Virus record (IMG/VR): IMGVR_UViG_3300028797_000128 | Span: 42,088-106,087 of that record | From: a virus | Lineage: Duplodnaviria > Caudoviricetes | Strand: one strand, 5' to 3' | Length of the DNA: 64,000 nt | In this document: positions 18,989-29,580 of the stretch, in pieces | How the letters are laid out: each line of letters opens with the position of its first letter | Numbering within the stretch: the first letter of the stretch is position 1 | Made by a program: the position numbers and the translations under genes | Notes under the pieces: model-generated | What the model was told of the DNA's origin: nothing | The model's input: the letters and a program-made list of their open reading frames with translations, nothing else | Database searches by the model: none

Positions 18989-19024
18989 AGAAATCCCACT
19001 GGCTTTAGACGGTGGGTAGTTCAC
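18989..19024 (+). mobile_element. Solo IS200/IS605-type right-end hairpin (relic)
   Basis: gaaatcccactggc-ttta-gacggtgggtagTTCA resembles the end at 969-999. Confidence 0.6.
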
Positions 19025-19043
19025 CAAGAAAGGAAGTGAGATA

Positions 19044-20615
19044 ATGTCAGAGAAAAAGGCAAATGAAGAAACTATAAACGAAACTAATGCTTATCATTTC
19101 TTTAGGGATGTAACTACTGGAACTATGTTTACGGGGCTGTTGCATGATTATACTGCTGATCCATCACATCTGTTGTGGATTATTCAGCACCCTATGGACT
19201 TTAACAAAGAAATCAGGGATATATCAAACCGCCTTTATTCAAGTAATGGTAACTTTAGAAACACAGTAGATTACATGAAGGCACTTCCTACTCTTGATTA
19301 CGTTGTCACAAATTATATTAAAGACAATGGTTCAAAGGCTCGTAAGGAGATTATAGAGTATGCGCTTGGTAAGATTAAGCATAAAGAGATTATAAGAGAT
19401 GCCATTCACAAGGGCTGTGTTGACGGCATCGCTTTTTATTATCTTGTTGTTGGAGAGCGCAAACTTAGCAACAAGAAATCAGTGAGTTATTGGGACGTAC
19501 ATGATATTAGTGAGATTAATTCGTTGAAGCCAAAACTTTCAAAGATGAATCTGTCTGTTATTAATCTGCCAGTAGACTATTGTAGAATCATTGGCTTTAA
19601 AAACAATTCTTATATTGTGGCATTTGATCTTGAATATTTTAATGAGGGTGAGGAGACAAACGAGAGTAAGCTTCGCAAATACCCCAAAGAAATACAAGAA
19701 GCTTACAATAAATGGCACAATGGAAAAGGTCAACAGGAAGTAGTTCTCGACAATACCAAAACTATGGTTTTCAAAATATCATCAAAGAGAGATGAGCCGT
19801 GGGGCAGACCACTTGTTTTAGCGGCAATTCTTGATATTCTTTATGGGGATTATTTTACTAATACTAAGCGTAAAACTCTTGATGAAGTTAATAACAAACT
19901 GGTGTACGAAACATTCCCAGAAGGTAAAGCTACTGGCACATCTGCCTTGACTGATAAGCAGCAAAAGGAACAGCATGATGCAGTCAAGAGCGTTATTGCT
20001 ACAAAGAATACAAGAGGTGCGACATCATTTGTATCTGTTGCGGCTGGCACAAAAATAAATGTTATTGATACAAGCACAGATATTTTTGATGATAAATATG
20101 AGAGCAAGCTCGACGAAAAGATTGGAACGGATTTAGGATTTGCGGCTACATTGCTTAATGCAAGTGCTTCAAGTTCATATTCTGCGCAGCAAACCAATCT
20201 TGAACTTGTTACGGCTCAGATATTCAAGTGGATTGAAGAAATAACTGCGGAGTTAAATAAAGTGTTGAACTTCAATGTTCTTAATCTGAATTATATAGAT
20301 GTAAAGGTAAACTATTTACCTATTACGCATCTTAATAAACAACAGATGATTGGTTATGTGAAAGACTTATATTTACAAGGCAAAGGTAGCTTGACTCTAT
20401 GGGCTTCGGCAGTTGGTATTTCGTCAGATGTATTTTATGCAATGCTTGATGAAGAATTAGAAGATGATATTGAGAATAAATATCCTGTCCATCAAACAAG
20501 TTATACGCAGTCATCAAAAGATGCTGGCAGACCTACGGTTGATAATCCAACTAACGAAAATACGATTCAAAGCAAAACCAATAATTCAAACGGGCAACCA
20601 AAGCCCAATAGTTAA
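19044..20615 (+). CDS. Portal protein
   Basis: Position after terL, 523 aa, EPWGRP motif, C-terminal GRP. Confidence 0.8.
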   Translation: MSEKKANEETINETNAYHFFRDVTTGTMFTGLLHDYTADPSHLLWIIQHPMDFNKEIRDISNRLYSSNGNFRNTVDYMKALPTLDYVVTNYIKDNGSKARKEIIEYALGKIKHKEIIRDAIHKGCVDGIAFYYLVVGERKLSNKKSVSYWDVHDISEINSLKPKLSKMNLSVINLPVDYCRIIGFKNNSYIVAFDLEYFNEGEETNESKLRKYPKEIQEAYNKWHNGKGQQEVVLDNTKTMVFKISSKRDEPWGRPLVLAAILDILYGDYFTNTKRKTLDEVNNKLVYETFPEGKATGTSALTDKQQKEQHDAVKSVIATKNTRGATSFVSVAAGTKINVIDTSTDIFDDKYESKLDEKIGTDLGFAATLLNASASSSYSAQQTNLELVTAQIFKWIEEITAELNKVLNFNVLNLNYIDVKVNYLPITHLNKQQMIGYVKDLYLQGKGSLTLWASAVGISSDVFYAMLDEELEDDIENKYPVHQTSYTQSSKDAGRPTVDNPTNENTIQSKTNNSNGQPKPNS

Positions 20616-20673
20616 AATCTCTCCGTCGTAATGTCGGGGATTTTTTATATATTACGGAAGAAAGGAGGTAAGC

Positions 20674-21843
20674 ATGAAAAGTTTTGAACTTTCGTCTAAG
20701 AAACGAAAAGACGGCAAGAGGAGATTTACTGCGCTTCTTTACAAGTTGCAACCTCCCGAATCCGTAGTCAACAATGTCGGCACAGACGGGCATTGGAATG
20801 AAAATGGCATAACTTTTATTGAAGAATATGCCGCACAGAATCTTGAATCTATAAAGGATATGAGTATGACTTGTGATTTTATAGATGCGGATAAAACAGA
20901 AGTTTCAGGACATGGGGAAACTGGTGAAATCACAGATGACGGTTTACCTAAGTTTGAAGCGGATATAATTGGTCATTTTACAGAGGGTTTTATTGCAGAG
21001 TTTGACGATAATGGAACTACAAGCAAAGCTGTATTTGGCAAGGGTGTTATTGATGAAATGCGCCATGCTGATTTTGTAGCTCAAATTGAAACCAATATGG
21101 CAAATGGCATTGCTCCAAGCGGTAGTATTGAAATACTACATCCCGAAGATAGTGATAGCATCATTTATCTTAATGGCAAATTCGAGCAAGGTCGTGTGCC
21201 TGTAAAGTATGTTCACAGTGGTTTTTCTTTAGTATCAAATCCTGCGGATAAAGCTTCTAAGATGATTGAACTGAATAATAAACGAGAAAGTGAGGATGAG
21301 ACAATGGATGAGAAAACAATTAATCTGATTTGTGATTCTGTAAAGAACGCAGTATCAGAAACAAATTCAAAGAATGCCGAGTACGAAGCAACAATCTCTG
21401 AACTTAATACTTCTGTTGCCGATAAGGATAATCAGATAGCAGAACTTAACGCTTCTGTTGATTCACTTAAAAAGGCTATTGCAGATATGGAGGTAGAGCG
21501 TGACGCTTGGTGGGCTGAAAGAGATTCGCTTCAGAAACAGCTTGGCGAGGCTCTTGCTGCTCAGAGACTTGGTGAACTCAATTCTGCTATTGAAGGTTTT
21601 ACTGATGAGCAGAAGGCTTTCGCAAAGGATGAGATTGAGGCGTTCAAGGCTGATCCTATGAACGGTGAAATCAATTCTATCACAGATAAGATTTATCGTG
21701 AGATAGGCAGAACTGCACTTGAGAGTGCAAAGGTTGTTGAAACAAATTCTGTTGATGACACAACAGATATTTTTGGCGAAATCAATTCAACAAATGCAAA
21801 CACCGATGGCGAAGATATAGACATTTTCGCAACTGTACTTTAA
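20674..21843 (+). CDS. Prohead protease/scaffold (YonD-like)
   Basis: Position; GHG and GSIEI motifs, coiled-coil C-terminal half. Confidence 0.7.
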   Translation: MKSFELSSKKRKDGKRRFTALLYKLQPPESVVNNVGTDGHWNENGITFIEEYAAQNLESIKDMSMTCDFIDADKTEVSGHGETGEITDDGLPKFEADIIGHFTEGFIAEFDDNGTTSKAVFGKGVIDEMRHADFVAQIETNMANGIAPSGSIEILHPEDSDSIIYLNGKFEQGRVPVKYVHSGFSLVSNPADKASKMIELNNKRESEDETMDEKTINLICDSVKNAVSETNSKNAEYEATISELNTSVADKDNQIAELNASVDSLKKAIADMEVERDAWWAERDSLQKQLGEALAAQRLGELNSAIEGFTDEQKAFAKDEIEAFKADPMNGEINSITDKIYREIGRTALESAKVVETNSVDDTTDIFGEINSTNANTDGEDIDIFATVL

Positions 21844-21865
21844 TTGAGAAAGGAAGGGTAATATT

Positions 21866-22321
21866 ATGGTAAGATTTCATTCTGTAGAGGAAATTGAGCA
21901 CTCTGCTCATAGCGTTCCTAATGTAACTGCACACGCAGATATGCCTAATGGCGCACTCGTTGGTCTGACATATACTAATGCTTCAAAGGTGACAAAAGCA
22001 CCTGCAACAGCTAACGATCTTTATGTTGTTATTAACACACAGACAGGCGACAATGAGTACATCACAAACTACACAATCAAGCAGGGTGAGTATGTAAACC
22101 TCTTTAAGCTTGAGAATTGGGTAGGCAAGGAGCTTGACGTAACTAAGGATAATGTTACAGGTACATATGCAAACATTGCCGCTGGTGATACTCTTACATT
22201 CGATGCTACAACATTTAAGTTTAAGGAAGATACACCTGCCGCTGCTGGAGATATCTGCTTCAAGGTTCTTGAACTCGCTCCTTATGGTCTTAGAGTTCTT
22301 GTACAGGTATATTCTGCTTAA
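21866..22321 (+). CDS. Capsid decoration/cement protein
   Basis: Between scaffold and capsid genes; beta-rich; strongly biased codon usage. Confidence 0.6.
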   Translation: MVRFHSVEEIEHSAHSVPNVTAHADMPNGALVGLTYTNASKVTKAPATANDLYVVINTQTGDNEYITNYTIKQGEYVNLFKLENWVGKELDVTKDNVTGTYANIAAGDTLTFDATTFKFKEDTPAAAGDICFKVLELAPYGLRVLVQVYSA

Positions 22322-22347
22322 TTATGGGGAAAGGAAGGTAAAACAAT

Positions 22348-23439
22348 ATGAGTTACACAGTTGAACTTAATTCTGCTCGTAAGGATGCAGATTTCGTAAC
22401 AAAGGAGTATAATGCTCACACTGGTGTAGTAGAAGTATTTTCTGCTATGGTAAACGGAAAGTCTCTTGATAAGTTTGGCAAGAATATGGCAGATAAGTCT
22501 GTTAATTATATTAAGGAACTTGCAAGCAAGGCTTCAAATGGTGACGGTTCTGCTATTGCCGAGCTTAACACAATTCGTAAGTACACAATTGAGCCTGAAC
22601 TTCTCAAGGAAATTCAGCTTCTTGGTTTCTTTGGTTCTTATGAGAATGTTGGTTACGGCGAAAGCATTGAGCGTGAAGTAATTGATACTCAAGGCGAGCT
22701 TTCAAGAGCACAGGCTGCTAACGGTGATGTTCCTCTCGGATTCCTTGCTTCAAAGAAGTACCCTGTTGCTACACAGAATATTTCTGCTGGCTATCAGATA
22801 GACTATCGCAAGCTTCAGTTTGGTGATCTTTCTGCTGAGAACGCTCTCAAGGAAAACATCAAGAGAGATATGAGAAACAAGGCTGCTCGTTATGCTATCA
22901 ACACAGTTTGGAACTCTATTAAGAACGCTGTTGGCGTTAAGAACTATTCTGAGGCTGCTGGCGTCACAAAGAGTGCTGTTGACAACGCTCTCAAGTTTGC
23001 TCGTAGATTTGGTGTTCCCTCAATCGTTGGTGACTACAGCGTAGCTTCACAGGTTAATGATTTTGCACCTTATAATTCTTCTACATTTAGCTTCACAGAT
23101 ATTTCTCCTGAAGCTATGGAAGAAATTCGTAAGACAGGTCTTGTTTCATGGTACAATGGCGCACCTGTTTATGCAATCCAGAACGCATTTGACACCTCAA
23201 AGCTTAATGCTGCTGGCACTGGCTTTGATACTGTTGCTCCAGAGGGACTTCTCTTTGTAATTCCTGCTGGCATCGATTCTCCTATTAAGCTTTGGACTCG
23301 TGGTGGTCTTACAAGCTTCACAGGCAATGATGTAACTACTGGCAGACAGCTTACAAGATATGACCTTGAGGTTGCTGTTGACGTTGCACAGGGCAGAGAG
23401 TATGAGATTGGTCTTATCAGAGACACAAACTTATTCTAA
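22348..23439 (+). CDS. Major capsid protein
   Basis: 363 aa, position, strongly biased codon usage, followed by a hairpin. Confidence 0.8.
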   Translation: MSYTVELNSARKDADFVTKEYNAHTGVVEVFSAMVNGKSLDKFGKNMADKSVNYIKELASKASNGDGSAIAELNTIRKYTIEPELLKEIQLLGFFGSYENVGYGESIEREVIDTQGELSRAQAANGDVPLGFLASKKYPVATQNISAGYQIDYRKLQFGDLSAENALKENIKRDMRNKAARYAINTVWNSIKNAVGVKNYSEAAGVTKSAVDNALKFARRFGVPSIVGDYSVASQVNDFAPYNSSTFSFTDISPEAMEEIRKTGLVSWYNGAPVYAIQNAFDTSKLNAAGTGFDTVAPEGLLFVIPAGIDSPIKLWTRGGLTSFTGNDVTTGRQLTRYDLEVAVDVAQGREYEIGLIRDTNLF

Positions 23440-23448
23440 TTAATATTT

Positions 23449-23475
23449 AAGGGGAGTTGAAAAACACTCCCCTAC
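23449..23475 (+). terminator. Hairpin after the capsid gene
   Basis: aggggagt...actcccct. Confidence 0.5.
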
Positions 23476-23501
23476 TATTATATTGAAAGGAGACTTAGTA
23501 A

Positions 23502-23963
23502 ATGAGTCTTAATATGGACGAGAAAATCACAATTAAGAATCTTTGTGATTTTTACCTCTATTTTAACCGCATAAACGGAGTTGGCGATATTGCAATGCCT
23601 CCGAGAACTTCTATGCGTATTGATCGTGGAGAAGTTATTTCTCAGGCGCAAATTAACAACATTATGTTTGTGGGTGAAGATGGTAATGGTAGTCACGCAA
23701 GGATTTTTATTGATGATAAAGATACTCGTATCGAGCTTGGCTTTGAAACAGAGGAAACTCCACAGGTTGTTATTAGCGATGACAAGGTGAAATCCGCCTT
23801 TGGTGCTAAGACAAAGACTGCGTTCAAGAAAGCTATCGAGGAACTTGCTCACACTTATCCTGAGAAGGTTAGTCTCGTAAAGGCTGTTAAGAAGCTTGGC
23901 TTAAATGAGTATGACAAGATTAAATTTATCGAGGAATACACTGGCTTAAAGGTTGAAGATTAA
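23502..23963 (+). CDS. Hypothetical virion assembly protein (YonA-like position)
   Basis: Synteny. Confidence 0.55.
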   Translation: MSLNMDEKITIKNLCDFYLYFNRINGVGDIAMPPRTSMRIDRGEVISQAQINNIMFVGEDGNGSHARIFIDDKDTRIELGFETEETPQVVISDDKVKSAFGAKTKTAFKKAIEELAHTYPEKVSLVKAVKKLGLNEYDKIKFIEEYTGLKVED

Positions 23964-23965
23964 GG

Positions 23966-24373
23966 ATGGTGATGACATTGGGTGAAGCAACAAAGAAAAG
24001 CGATGTTATCAGAAGTTTTCATTCTCACCCAATGGCAAAACAGGCTTTGCCAGAGGGCTTAGAAGATGAGTTCTTTCTTTCGGCATTAGCTGAATATGAG
24101 CTTGACGTAAAGGAAATTGGCTACGACGATTCAACTTATGAGTTTCAGAATACTCTTGACAGAGCCGTGATATATACTTTGGGACTAATGATGTATTCGG
24201 AGTATCTTACTCGTGAGCTTTCAAGACTTGAAAAGTTGCAGGGCTTTTATGGCAAAGACATTCATCTTACAGGAAATGACGCTTCAAAGAATGTAACCTA
24301 TAAAGATTTAGTTCTTGAACAAGAGCGAGTTCAAATGCTTTTACATAAGCAGAAAAATCATTCGTATAATTGA
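23966..24373 (+). CDS. Putative head-tail adaptor
   Basis: Synteny; helical, 135 aa. Confidence 0.5.
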   Translation: MVMTLGEATKKSDVIRSFHSHPMAKQALPEGLEDEFFLSALAEYELDVKEIGYDDSTYEFQNTLDRAVIYTLGLMMYSEYLTRELSRLEKLQGFYGKDIHLTGNDASKNVTYKDLVLEQERVQMLLHKQKNHSYN

Positions 24374-24382
24374 GGTGATAAT

Positions 24383-25399
24383 ATGCAAGAATGGTATGTT
24401 ATTAATCCTCAGCCTACAATGTTGGACGGTCTTGAAAAAGATGAATGGGATGCTTGGGTTACAGATAGTTTTGACGAGTTAATCACTGAAACGCCTTTAA
24501 GAGATGATGTAAAACTTTGTCGTGGACAATTCAACGGAGAAACTGGTGAATTTGAAGTAGAAGTTGAAACTCAGGCTATAATTCAAAATAGAGATTTTGA
24601 TGCTTATACGCAAGGTTGGAAACGTCAGATCCTTACAAGAATATCTGATAATCTTGCAGAATACAAGTATGTTAAATCTGTAGATACACTTGGCAATACT
24701 CAGATTTATCTCATTATGACTATGCCTGAAAGTAATAAGATATATACCAAAGCCGTTTTGCATGAGTGTAACTATACGCTCAAATGGCAGGACAATGATG
24801 GTACGATATATTATTACCCCACATATACCGCAGATGCTACGCAATACAATACTGGTGTTGAGAGAAACGGTAATTATCTGGAAACAGGTTATATTCAGTT
24901 AATGAGTTGGATATCGCTTGATAATGTAACGAAAGAGTTATATCGTGATAAGCGAATGTTTATTGATTTGGCAGAAGAAAAACCCGACACTTACATTATT
25001 ACATCAACTTCAAAAGTTCCTTATTCATATAACGAAATGCGTATTATGCGTATAACATTTACAGAATGTGAGTATAATCCCGATACAGACAGAATTGACC
25101 TTATGCTTTGCGATTACAAGACAGCTCCTACGCCTACGTCACCTATTCTTATCACTTATAGTGGCAATGCAGAATTACGCATCGGTGGTCGTAAAACCTT
25201 TACGGCTGAGACTGCTAATAATGTGGTGTTCACGCTTATATCCGCTTGGGGCGATAAGATAACGATGACTCAGACTGGCAACAAGTGTGTTGTCAAGTGT
25301 GCTAATGATTCTGCAATGGTTGGCGCAAGCTTCAAGATTGAAGTCGCAGGTGGCGGTCAGAGAAGTGAATTGCTTGTCAGTATAATCGGTGCTGTGTAA
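24383..25399 (+). CDS. Putative head-closure protein with C-terminal Ig-like domain
   Basis: Synteny; CNYTLKW motif; beta-rich tail after a PTPT linker. Confidence 0.5.
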   Translation: MQEWYVINPQPTMLDGLEKDEWDAWVTDSFDELITETPLRDDVKLCRGQFNGETGEFEVEVETQAIIQNRDFDAYTQGWKRQILTRISDNLAEYKYVKSVDTLGNTQIYLIMTMPESNKIYTKAVLHECNYTLKWQDNDGTIYYYPTYTADATQYNTGVERNGNYLETGYIQLMSWISLDNVTKELYRDKRMFIDLAEEKPDTYIITSTSKVPYSYNEMRIMRITFTECEYNPDTDRIDLMLCDYKTAPTPTSPILITYSGNAELRIGGRKTFTAETANNVVFTLISAWGDKITMTQTGNKCVVKCANDSAMVGASFKIEVAGGGQRSELLVSIIGAV

Positions 25400-25904
25400 G
25401 GAGGTGTTGGGAATTAGCCGTTCAAGTTGTATAAGAGACTGGAAGAATAAAATTGTCTCCGAATTATCGCAAGATGATGAGATTATTAATGCTTTAGGGC
25501 TTAATGATGATGAATCATCTGATGACCTTGTTTACAATAGGATATTTCCTTTTCTCTACATTGAAAATACACAGGAAATTGTTAAGACATATATTCTTGT
25601 CGAAATCAACATTCCAGAGCGCAGACAGCGTTACGGCAGTAGCAGTAGTTCTATCTGGACGTACCCGGTTATCATATTCAACGTGCTGACTCATCAGGAC
25701 GATATGCGTATGAATATGACAGGCGAAAGTGGTACTCGCATGGACTATCTGTCGGAGCTTATCGAGGATAAGTACAGTGGCAGACAGGACTTCGGTGTCG
25801 GCACTCTGCAACTCAAATCCGATGTGGCAGGTAGTGTGAACAATACGTATCGCTTCAGGGAGCTTATCTTTGAGGCTGTGGACGTAGACGGAGTTTGTGG
25901 GTGA
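25389..25904 (+). CDS. Putative tail terminator
   Basis: Synteny; RIFPF motif; true start probably slightly downstream. Confidence 0.45.
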   Translation: MLCKEVLGISRSSCIRDWKNKIVSELSQDDEIINALGLNDDESSDDLVYNRIFPFLYIENTQEIVKTYILVEINIPERRQRYGSSSSSIWTYPVIIFNVLTHQDDMRMNMTGESGTRMDYLSELIEDKYSGRQDFGVGTLQLKSDVAGSVNNTYRFRELIFEAVDVDGVCG

Positions 25905-25908
25905 TTGA

Positions 25909-26649
25909 ATGTTTGCAGTTGATGAGATTAGACTGCTCTCTGGCAAACCATTTGATATTGGCATTGGGATAACCTTGTATCAGCCCACGGTGAGGGAAAT
26001 TTCGGATTTTGGAGAAAGCGAATATATGAGTTTGGTGAACGCTCTCACTTCAGAACCATTTGATATGCCATATTACTTGGATCAAATGGGAATTGATTTC
26101 GAGGAAATTAAGCCGTTTGAACTATTTTGTATTCTTACTTCTGGAATCCCGAAGGAAACATCTAAACTATTGTTGGGGGATTTGGACTTGTCTCAGTTCA
26201 AGCCCGCGGAGCAAAACGGAGATTTGGTACTCGTTAATAATCGTGGGATAATTATTGACTCGTTAACGAGGGAGAGACTGGCGGATTGCATACGACGTAT
26301 GCATTGTTTGCCAAAGAATATCCTTACATCTTGCGAAAACAAGTTTACTCACGATTTAATGATAAGACAACAAAAGAAGAATATTGACAGAGAGCAACGC
26401 AAAAAAGAATTGTTTGGCGACCATTCTCAGTACGCTCCACTTATTTCTTCTTTGGCGTGTGAATGGCACGACTATGATAAGGTTTACGATTTAAAAATAG
26501 GTCAGTTTTTTGACGCTATTGTCCGTATGGGCTATAGGCAAAATTCAAATAATTTATATCGTGGACTGTATGCAGGAACGGTGTCATTCAAGGATATACA
26601 TAAAACGGATCTTGATTGGATGCGTCCGATTAAGATTAAAACTTTATAA
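25909..26649 (+). CDS. Hypothetical tail-module protein
   Basis: LYQPTVREI motif; synteny. Confidence 0.55.
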   Translation: MFAVDEIRLLSGKPFDIGIGITLYQPTVREISDFGESEYMSLVNALTSEPFDMPYYLDQMGIDFEEIKPFELFCILTSGIPKETSKLLLGDLDLSQFKPAEQNGDLVLVNNRGIIIDSLTRERLADCIRRMHCLPKNILTSCENKFTHDLMIRQQKKNIDREQRKKELFGDHSQYAPLISSLACEWHDYDKVYDLKIGQFFDAIVRMGYRQNSNNLYRGLYAGTVSFKDIHKTDLDWMRPIKIKTL

Positions 26650-26664
26650 GAAAGGTGGTAAAAT

Positions 26665-27501
26665 ATGGCTATAAATAGTATTGCTATTAAGCAGATTATC
26701 GGCGCATGGGCTTTCGACTCAGCAGAAAATGTTAAGTGGATGTGTTCTCAAGTTGAAAATCTGCAAATCACTCAGGACGGTGAGGTTACAGAAAAGCGTG
26801 ATGCTAATGGTTCTGTTATCTTTACAATTGACAGAAATAAGTCTTGTCAGATAACATTCGATTCATCTGTTTTAGATCTTAGCCTCGTGGCTGCGTTGAA
26901 TGGTACAGAGAAGTTTACGGCAGACAGTGACCACGCAATGCGTGTTCCTTATATTGACAGATTTGTGTTAAAGGCAGCAGACGTAAGCGCAGGTTATGTT
27001 ACTCTGACTAAAACTCCTGAAGCAGAGGTTGGCGGTGCATATAAAATTTCATTCCACACTCTGACTGAGGATAACTCTCTTGAGGATAACTATGAACAGG
27101 TATCTTCAGCAGCCACATCAACTAAGTTCTACTATGATTCTACAAATCATAGAGTTTACTTCCCTACAGATGCTACAATATTTAAAGCTGGCACAAAGAT
27201 AGAGATTATTTACGAATACTCTGTAACTGCCGGTGTTAAGGTTGTTAATGCTGCCGATAAGTTCCCTGATGCTGCAAAGGTAAGATTCCTTGTTCTTGCT
27301 GTGTCGTTATGTGACCAGTCAAGGGTTAAGGCTTTGTGGATTACCGCTAAAAATTCTAAACCACAGACAGGAAATACTATCGGTTTTAACTTAGACGATA
27401 CAATTTCGGTAACTTTAGACCTCGCCTACTCATATTGTGATCAGTCTAAGGATTTCTACGAAATCACAGTCGCAGACGAGACTTTCGTTCCTTCTTGGTG
27501 A
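26665..27501 (+). CDS. Major tail tube protein
   Basis: Beta-rich, 278 aa, position upstream of chaperone and tape measure genes. Confidence 0.7.
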   Translation: MAINSIAIKQIIGAWAFDSAENVKWMCSQVENLQITQDGEVTEKRDANGSVIFTIDRNKSCQITFDSSVLDLSLVAALNGTEKFTADSDHAMRVPYIDRFVLKAADVSAGYVTLTKTPEAEVGGAYKISFHTLTEDNSLEDNYEQVSSAATSTKFYYDSTNHRVYFPTDATIFKAGTKIEIIYEYSVTAGVKVVNAADKFPDAAKVRFLVLAVSLCDQSRVKALWITAKNSKPQTGNTIGFNLDDTISVTLDLAYSYCDQSKDFYEITVADETFVPSW

Positions 27502-27507
27502 TAATAT

Positions 27508-27819
27508 ATGAGCAACATGATAAGGTGTTGGGTTTGCGGTAAAGAGCATGAATATTGCCCTACCTGTGGTCAAACTCATGGTTGGAGATTTGTTGCCGAC
27601 ACCGTTGAGCATTATCTCATACATATGACCATTGAAGAATATCGTAGCGGTTCTCTTACTAAGGAACAGGCTGTTGAAAAATTCAAAGAAAAGTGTGATG
27701 TAAAGGCAGAAGATGATTTATCGTGGATGCTCCCTAATGTCGAAAAGGGTGTTAGAGAAATAATTGGCGACAAAGCAAAAACAGTAAAAACCACAAAGAA
27801 ATCTAAATTATTTGAATAA
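27508..27819 (+). CDS. Small Zn-finger protein
   Basis: CWVC...CPTC. Confidence 0.7.
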   Translation: MSNMIRCWVCGKEHEYCPTCGQTHGWRFVADTVEHYLIHMTIEEYRSGSLTKEQAVEKFKEKCDVKAEDDLSWMLPNVEKGVREIIGDKAKTVKTTKKSKLFE

Positions 27820-27824
27820 ATGAA

Positions 27825-27866
27825 AGGGGTAAGTAACTTTTACAGAAACTTACCCCTATTTTTTAT
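27825..27866 (+). terminator. Intrinsic terminator
   Basis: aggggtaagt...acttacccct followed by a T tract. Confidence 0.7.
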
Positions 27867-27878
27867 ATTGGAGGAAAT

Positions 27879-28424
27879 ATGAAACGAGTTTTGAGCATAG
27901 ATCAGTCAACTTCCGCAACAGGGGTTGGCTTTTTTGCTAATGGCAAATTAAAAGATTATTGCCTAATAAAACCAAAAATGAGTAAACGAGCTGATGAGAT
28001 GTGGGTTGAAGAAGAACCGCACTTTGTCAGTATTATTATGCCCGAATCAGAGTATGACACTACCCTACTCCGCATAACGGCAATAACAGATCAACTCGAA
28101 AAGCTGATTGAGGAATTTAAGCCAGACGAGATATGGTTTGAAGAAATATTTGAAAATGCGAATCCGAAAGGGTTTAGGTCACTTGCGAGACTGCAAGGAT
28201 TCATAGCACACATTGCCCACAAACATGGCATTAAGTATACCATTGTGGAGGAAACAAAGTGGATAACAGCGTGGGGCAAGTATGGCAGAGGTGTAAAACG
28301 TGCAGAACGCAAACAAGATATAAAACAGAAAGTAAATGATTATTATAATCTTGATATAAAGGTAGATGACATATCCGACGCTATTGCCATTGGGCGATAT
28401 GCGGTCGAGTCTCAAATCGACTAA
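27879..28424 (+). CDS. RuvC-like Holliday junction resolvase
   Basis: LSIDQS, WFEE, DDISDAIAIG. Confidence 0.85.
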   Translation: MKRVLSIDQSTSATGVGFFANGKLKDYCLIKPKMSKRADEMWVEEEPHFVSIIMPESEYDTTLLRITAITDQLEKLIEEFKPDEIWFEEIFENANPKGFRSLARLQGFIAHIAHKHGIKYTIVEETKWITAWGKYGRGVKRAERKQDIKQKVNDYYNLDIKVDDISDAIAIGRYAVESQID

Positions 28425-28490
28425 TCGTGCTTATATCATTACGGGCATAAGCACGAAAGTCGCAATTCTAATTATAAAGGAGATTTAATT

Positions 28491-29006
28491 ATGGCAAACA
28501 TTATTGAAATCACTGACAAGAACCCACTCGTCAATAAGACGGTGCGAATCGGCAAAGTGGCAGTAACAGTAAAAAGCTATCTCAGTGCAGATATCTACGC
28601 TGAAATAGCCAATACAATTGCAAATTCTTCGTTTGATGAGACAGGAGCATATCGTCCCGAATACCGTGAAATCGCCCGTCGCTATGTTGTGCTGAAGTAC
28701 ATGACAGACCTCGACTTGGGTGAGATGGACACAAGTGAGATATTCAAAGTTACACAGTCTGGAACATGGTACAACACTATTATTAACGAGGTGAACAAGC
28801 TCCCCGTATGGGCAGAACTTGAGCAGTCCGTGGACGAAATCATCAACTATAAGTTGCTCACTCGCAAGACATCATTTGATGACCTGTGTGAAACTCTCTC
28901 CGCATTTGCAGAGAAAATGAGTGACACAAAGTCGCTTGATGAGATTGCTGAAAAACTCACAAACCTTGATGATAAGGCTGTGGTTGAAACTATTGTAAAC
29001 AAGTAA
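28491..29006 (+). CDS. Hypothetical protein, possible tail assembly chaperone
   Basis: AAGGAG SD; synteny. Confidence 0.5.
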   Translation: MANIIEITDKNPLVNKTVRIGKVAVTVKSYLSADIYAEIANTIANSSFDETGAYRPEYREIARRYVVLKYMTDLDLGEMDTSEIFKVTQSGTWYNTIINEVNKLPVWAELEQSVDEIINYKLLTRKTSFDDLCETLSAFAEKMSDTKSLDEIAEKLTNLDDKAVVETIVNK

Positions 29007-29442
29007 GCGTTTCTAAAACATCTCCAAAGATGAGATTGAGTCCTTTCTTTTGTAAAGCAACAACTTTCTTGGCTTTGGAGATTAACTTTTTGCGATCCTT
29101 GTGAGGTATCTGTACGGGTGTTCCGTCACCGAGATATTCGTTCTTGATATATTTGTCTGTTGCCGGACACATATTTTGAAGGAGAACAGCCTTTCTGTGA
29201 CCGAGAACATCACAGAAATCTATGGTATCGCACTTGCCGTATCTTGCAATCTTTTGGTTGTAGATACGCTCAAATTTTTCTACGTGAGAAGAAATTGGTA
29301 TAAGCCAAAATGCGCTACCGTCTGTAAAAGCGCAGAAGTAGGGACGATTGTGATTCTCATCCTTATGGGCGTTCATAAAATGCGGATTAGGGAAATCTTT
29401 AGCGTATTGGTCATTGAGAAAATAGAAGTGTCCGATAGTCAT
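28990..29442 (-). CDS. cptN: Type III toxin-antitoxin endoribonuclease toxin, CptN family
   Basis: GHFYFL..D...DFP, NRP, WLIPISS, CDTI, LLQNMCP; upstream terminator hairpin plus pseudoknot repeats. Confidence 0.88.
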   Translation of the reverse strand: MTIGHFYFLNDQYAKDFPNPHFMNAHKDENHNRPYFCAFTDGSAFWLIPISSHVEKFERIYNQKIARYGKCDTIDFCDVLGHRKAVLLQNMCPATDKYIKNEYLGDGTPVQIPHKDRKKLISKAKKVVALQKKGLNLIFGDVLETLTCLQ

Positions 29443-29461
29443 GGTATTCTCCTTATAAAGA

Positions 29462-29487
29462 AAGCCTCGCTGATTAGAGCAAGGCTT
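29462..29487 (-). terminator. Attenuating terminator between antitoxin repeats and toxin
   Basis: aagcct...aggctt stem, followed by TTTCTT on the minus strand. Confidence 0.65.
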
Positions 29488-29494
29488 AAATTTG

Positions 29495-29580
29495 AGCCGA
29501 TATATTTATGCGACGCTTATCGGTAGCGACAAACATATAAAGCCGACATATTTAAGTCGCTTGTCGGTGGCGACAATAAG
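29495..29580 (-). ncRNA. cptI: CptI-like antitoxin RNA, two ~46 nt pseudoknot repeats
   Basis: Minus-strand units ttgtcgccaccgacaagcgacttaaatatgtcggct and ttgtcgctaccgataagcgtcgcataaatatatcggct; stems gtcgc/gcgac and ccgaca/tgtcgg. Confidence 0.85.

Noticed and set aside
29495-29580. Direct repeats as a mini-CRISPR array
   Set aside because: Two tandem units with no unique spacers; pseudoknot, terminator and toxin gene fit type III TA; no cas genes in the window
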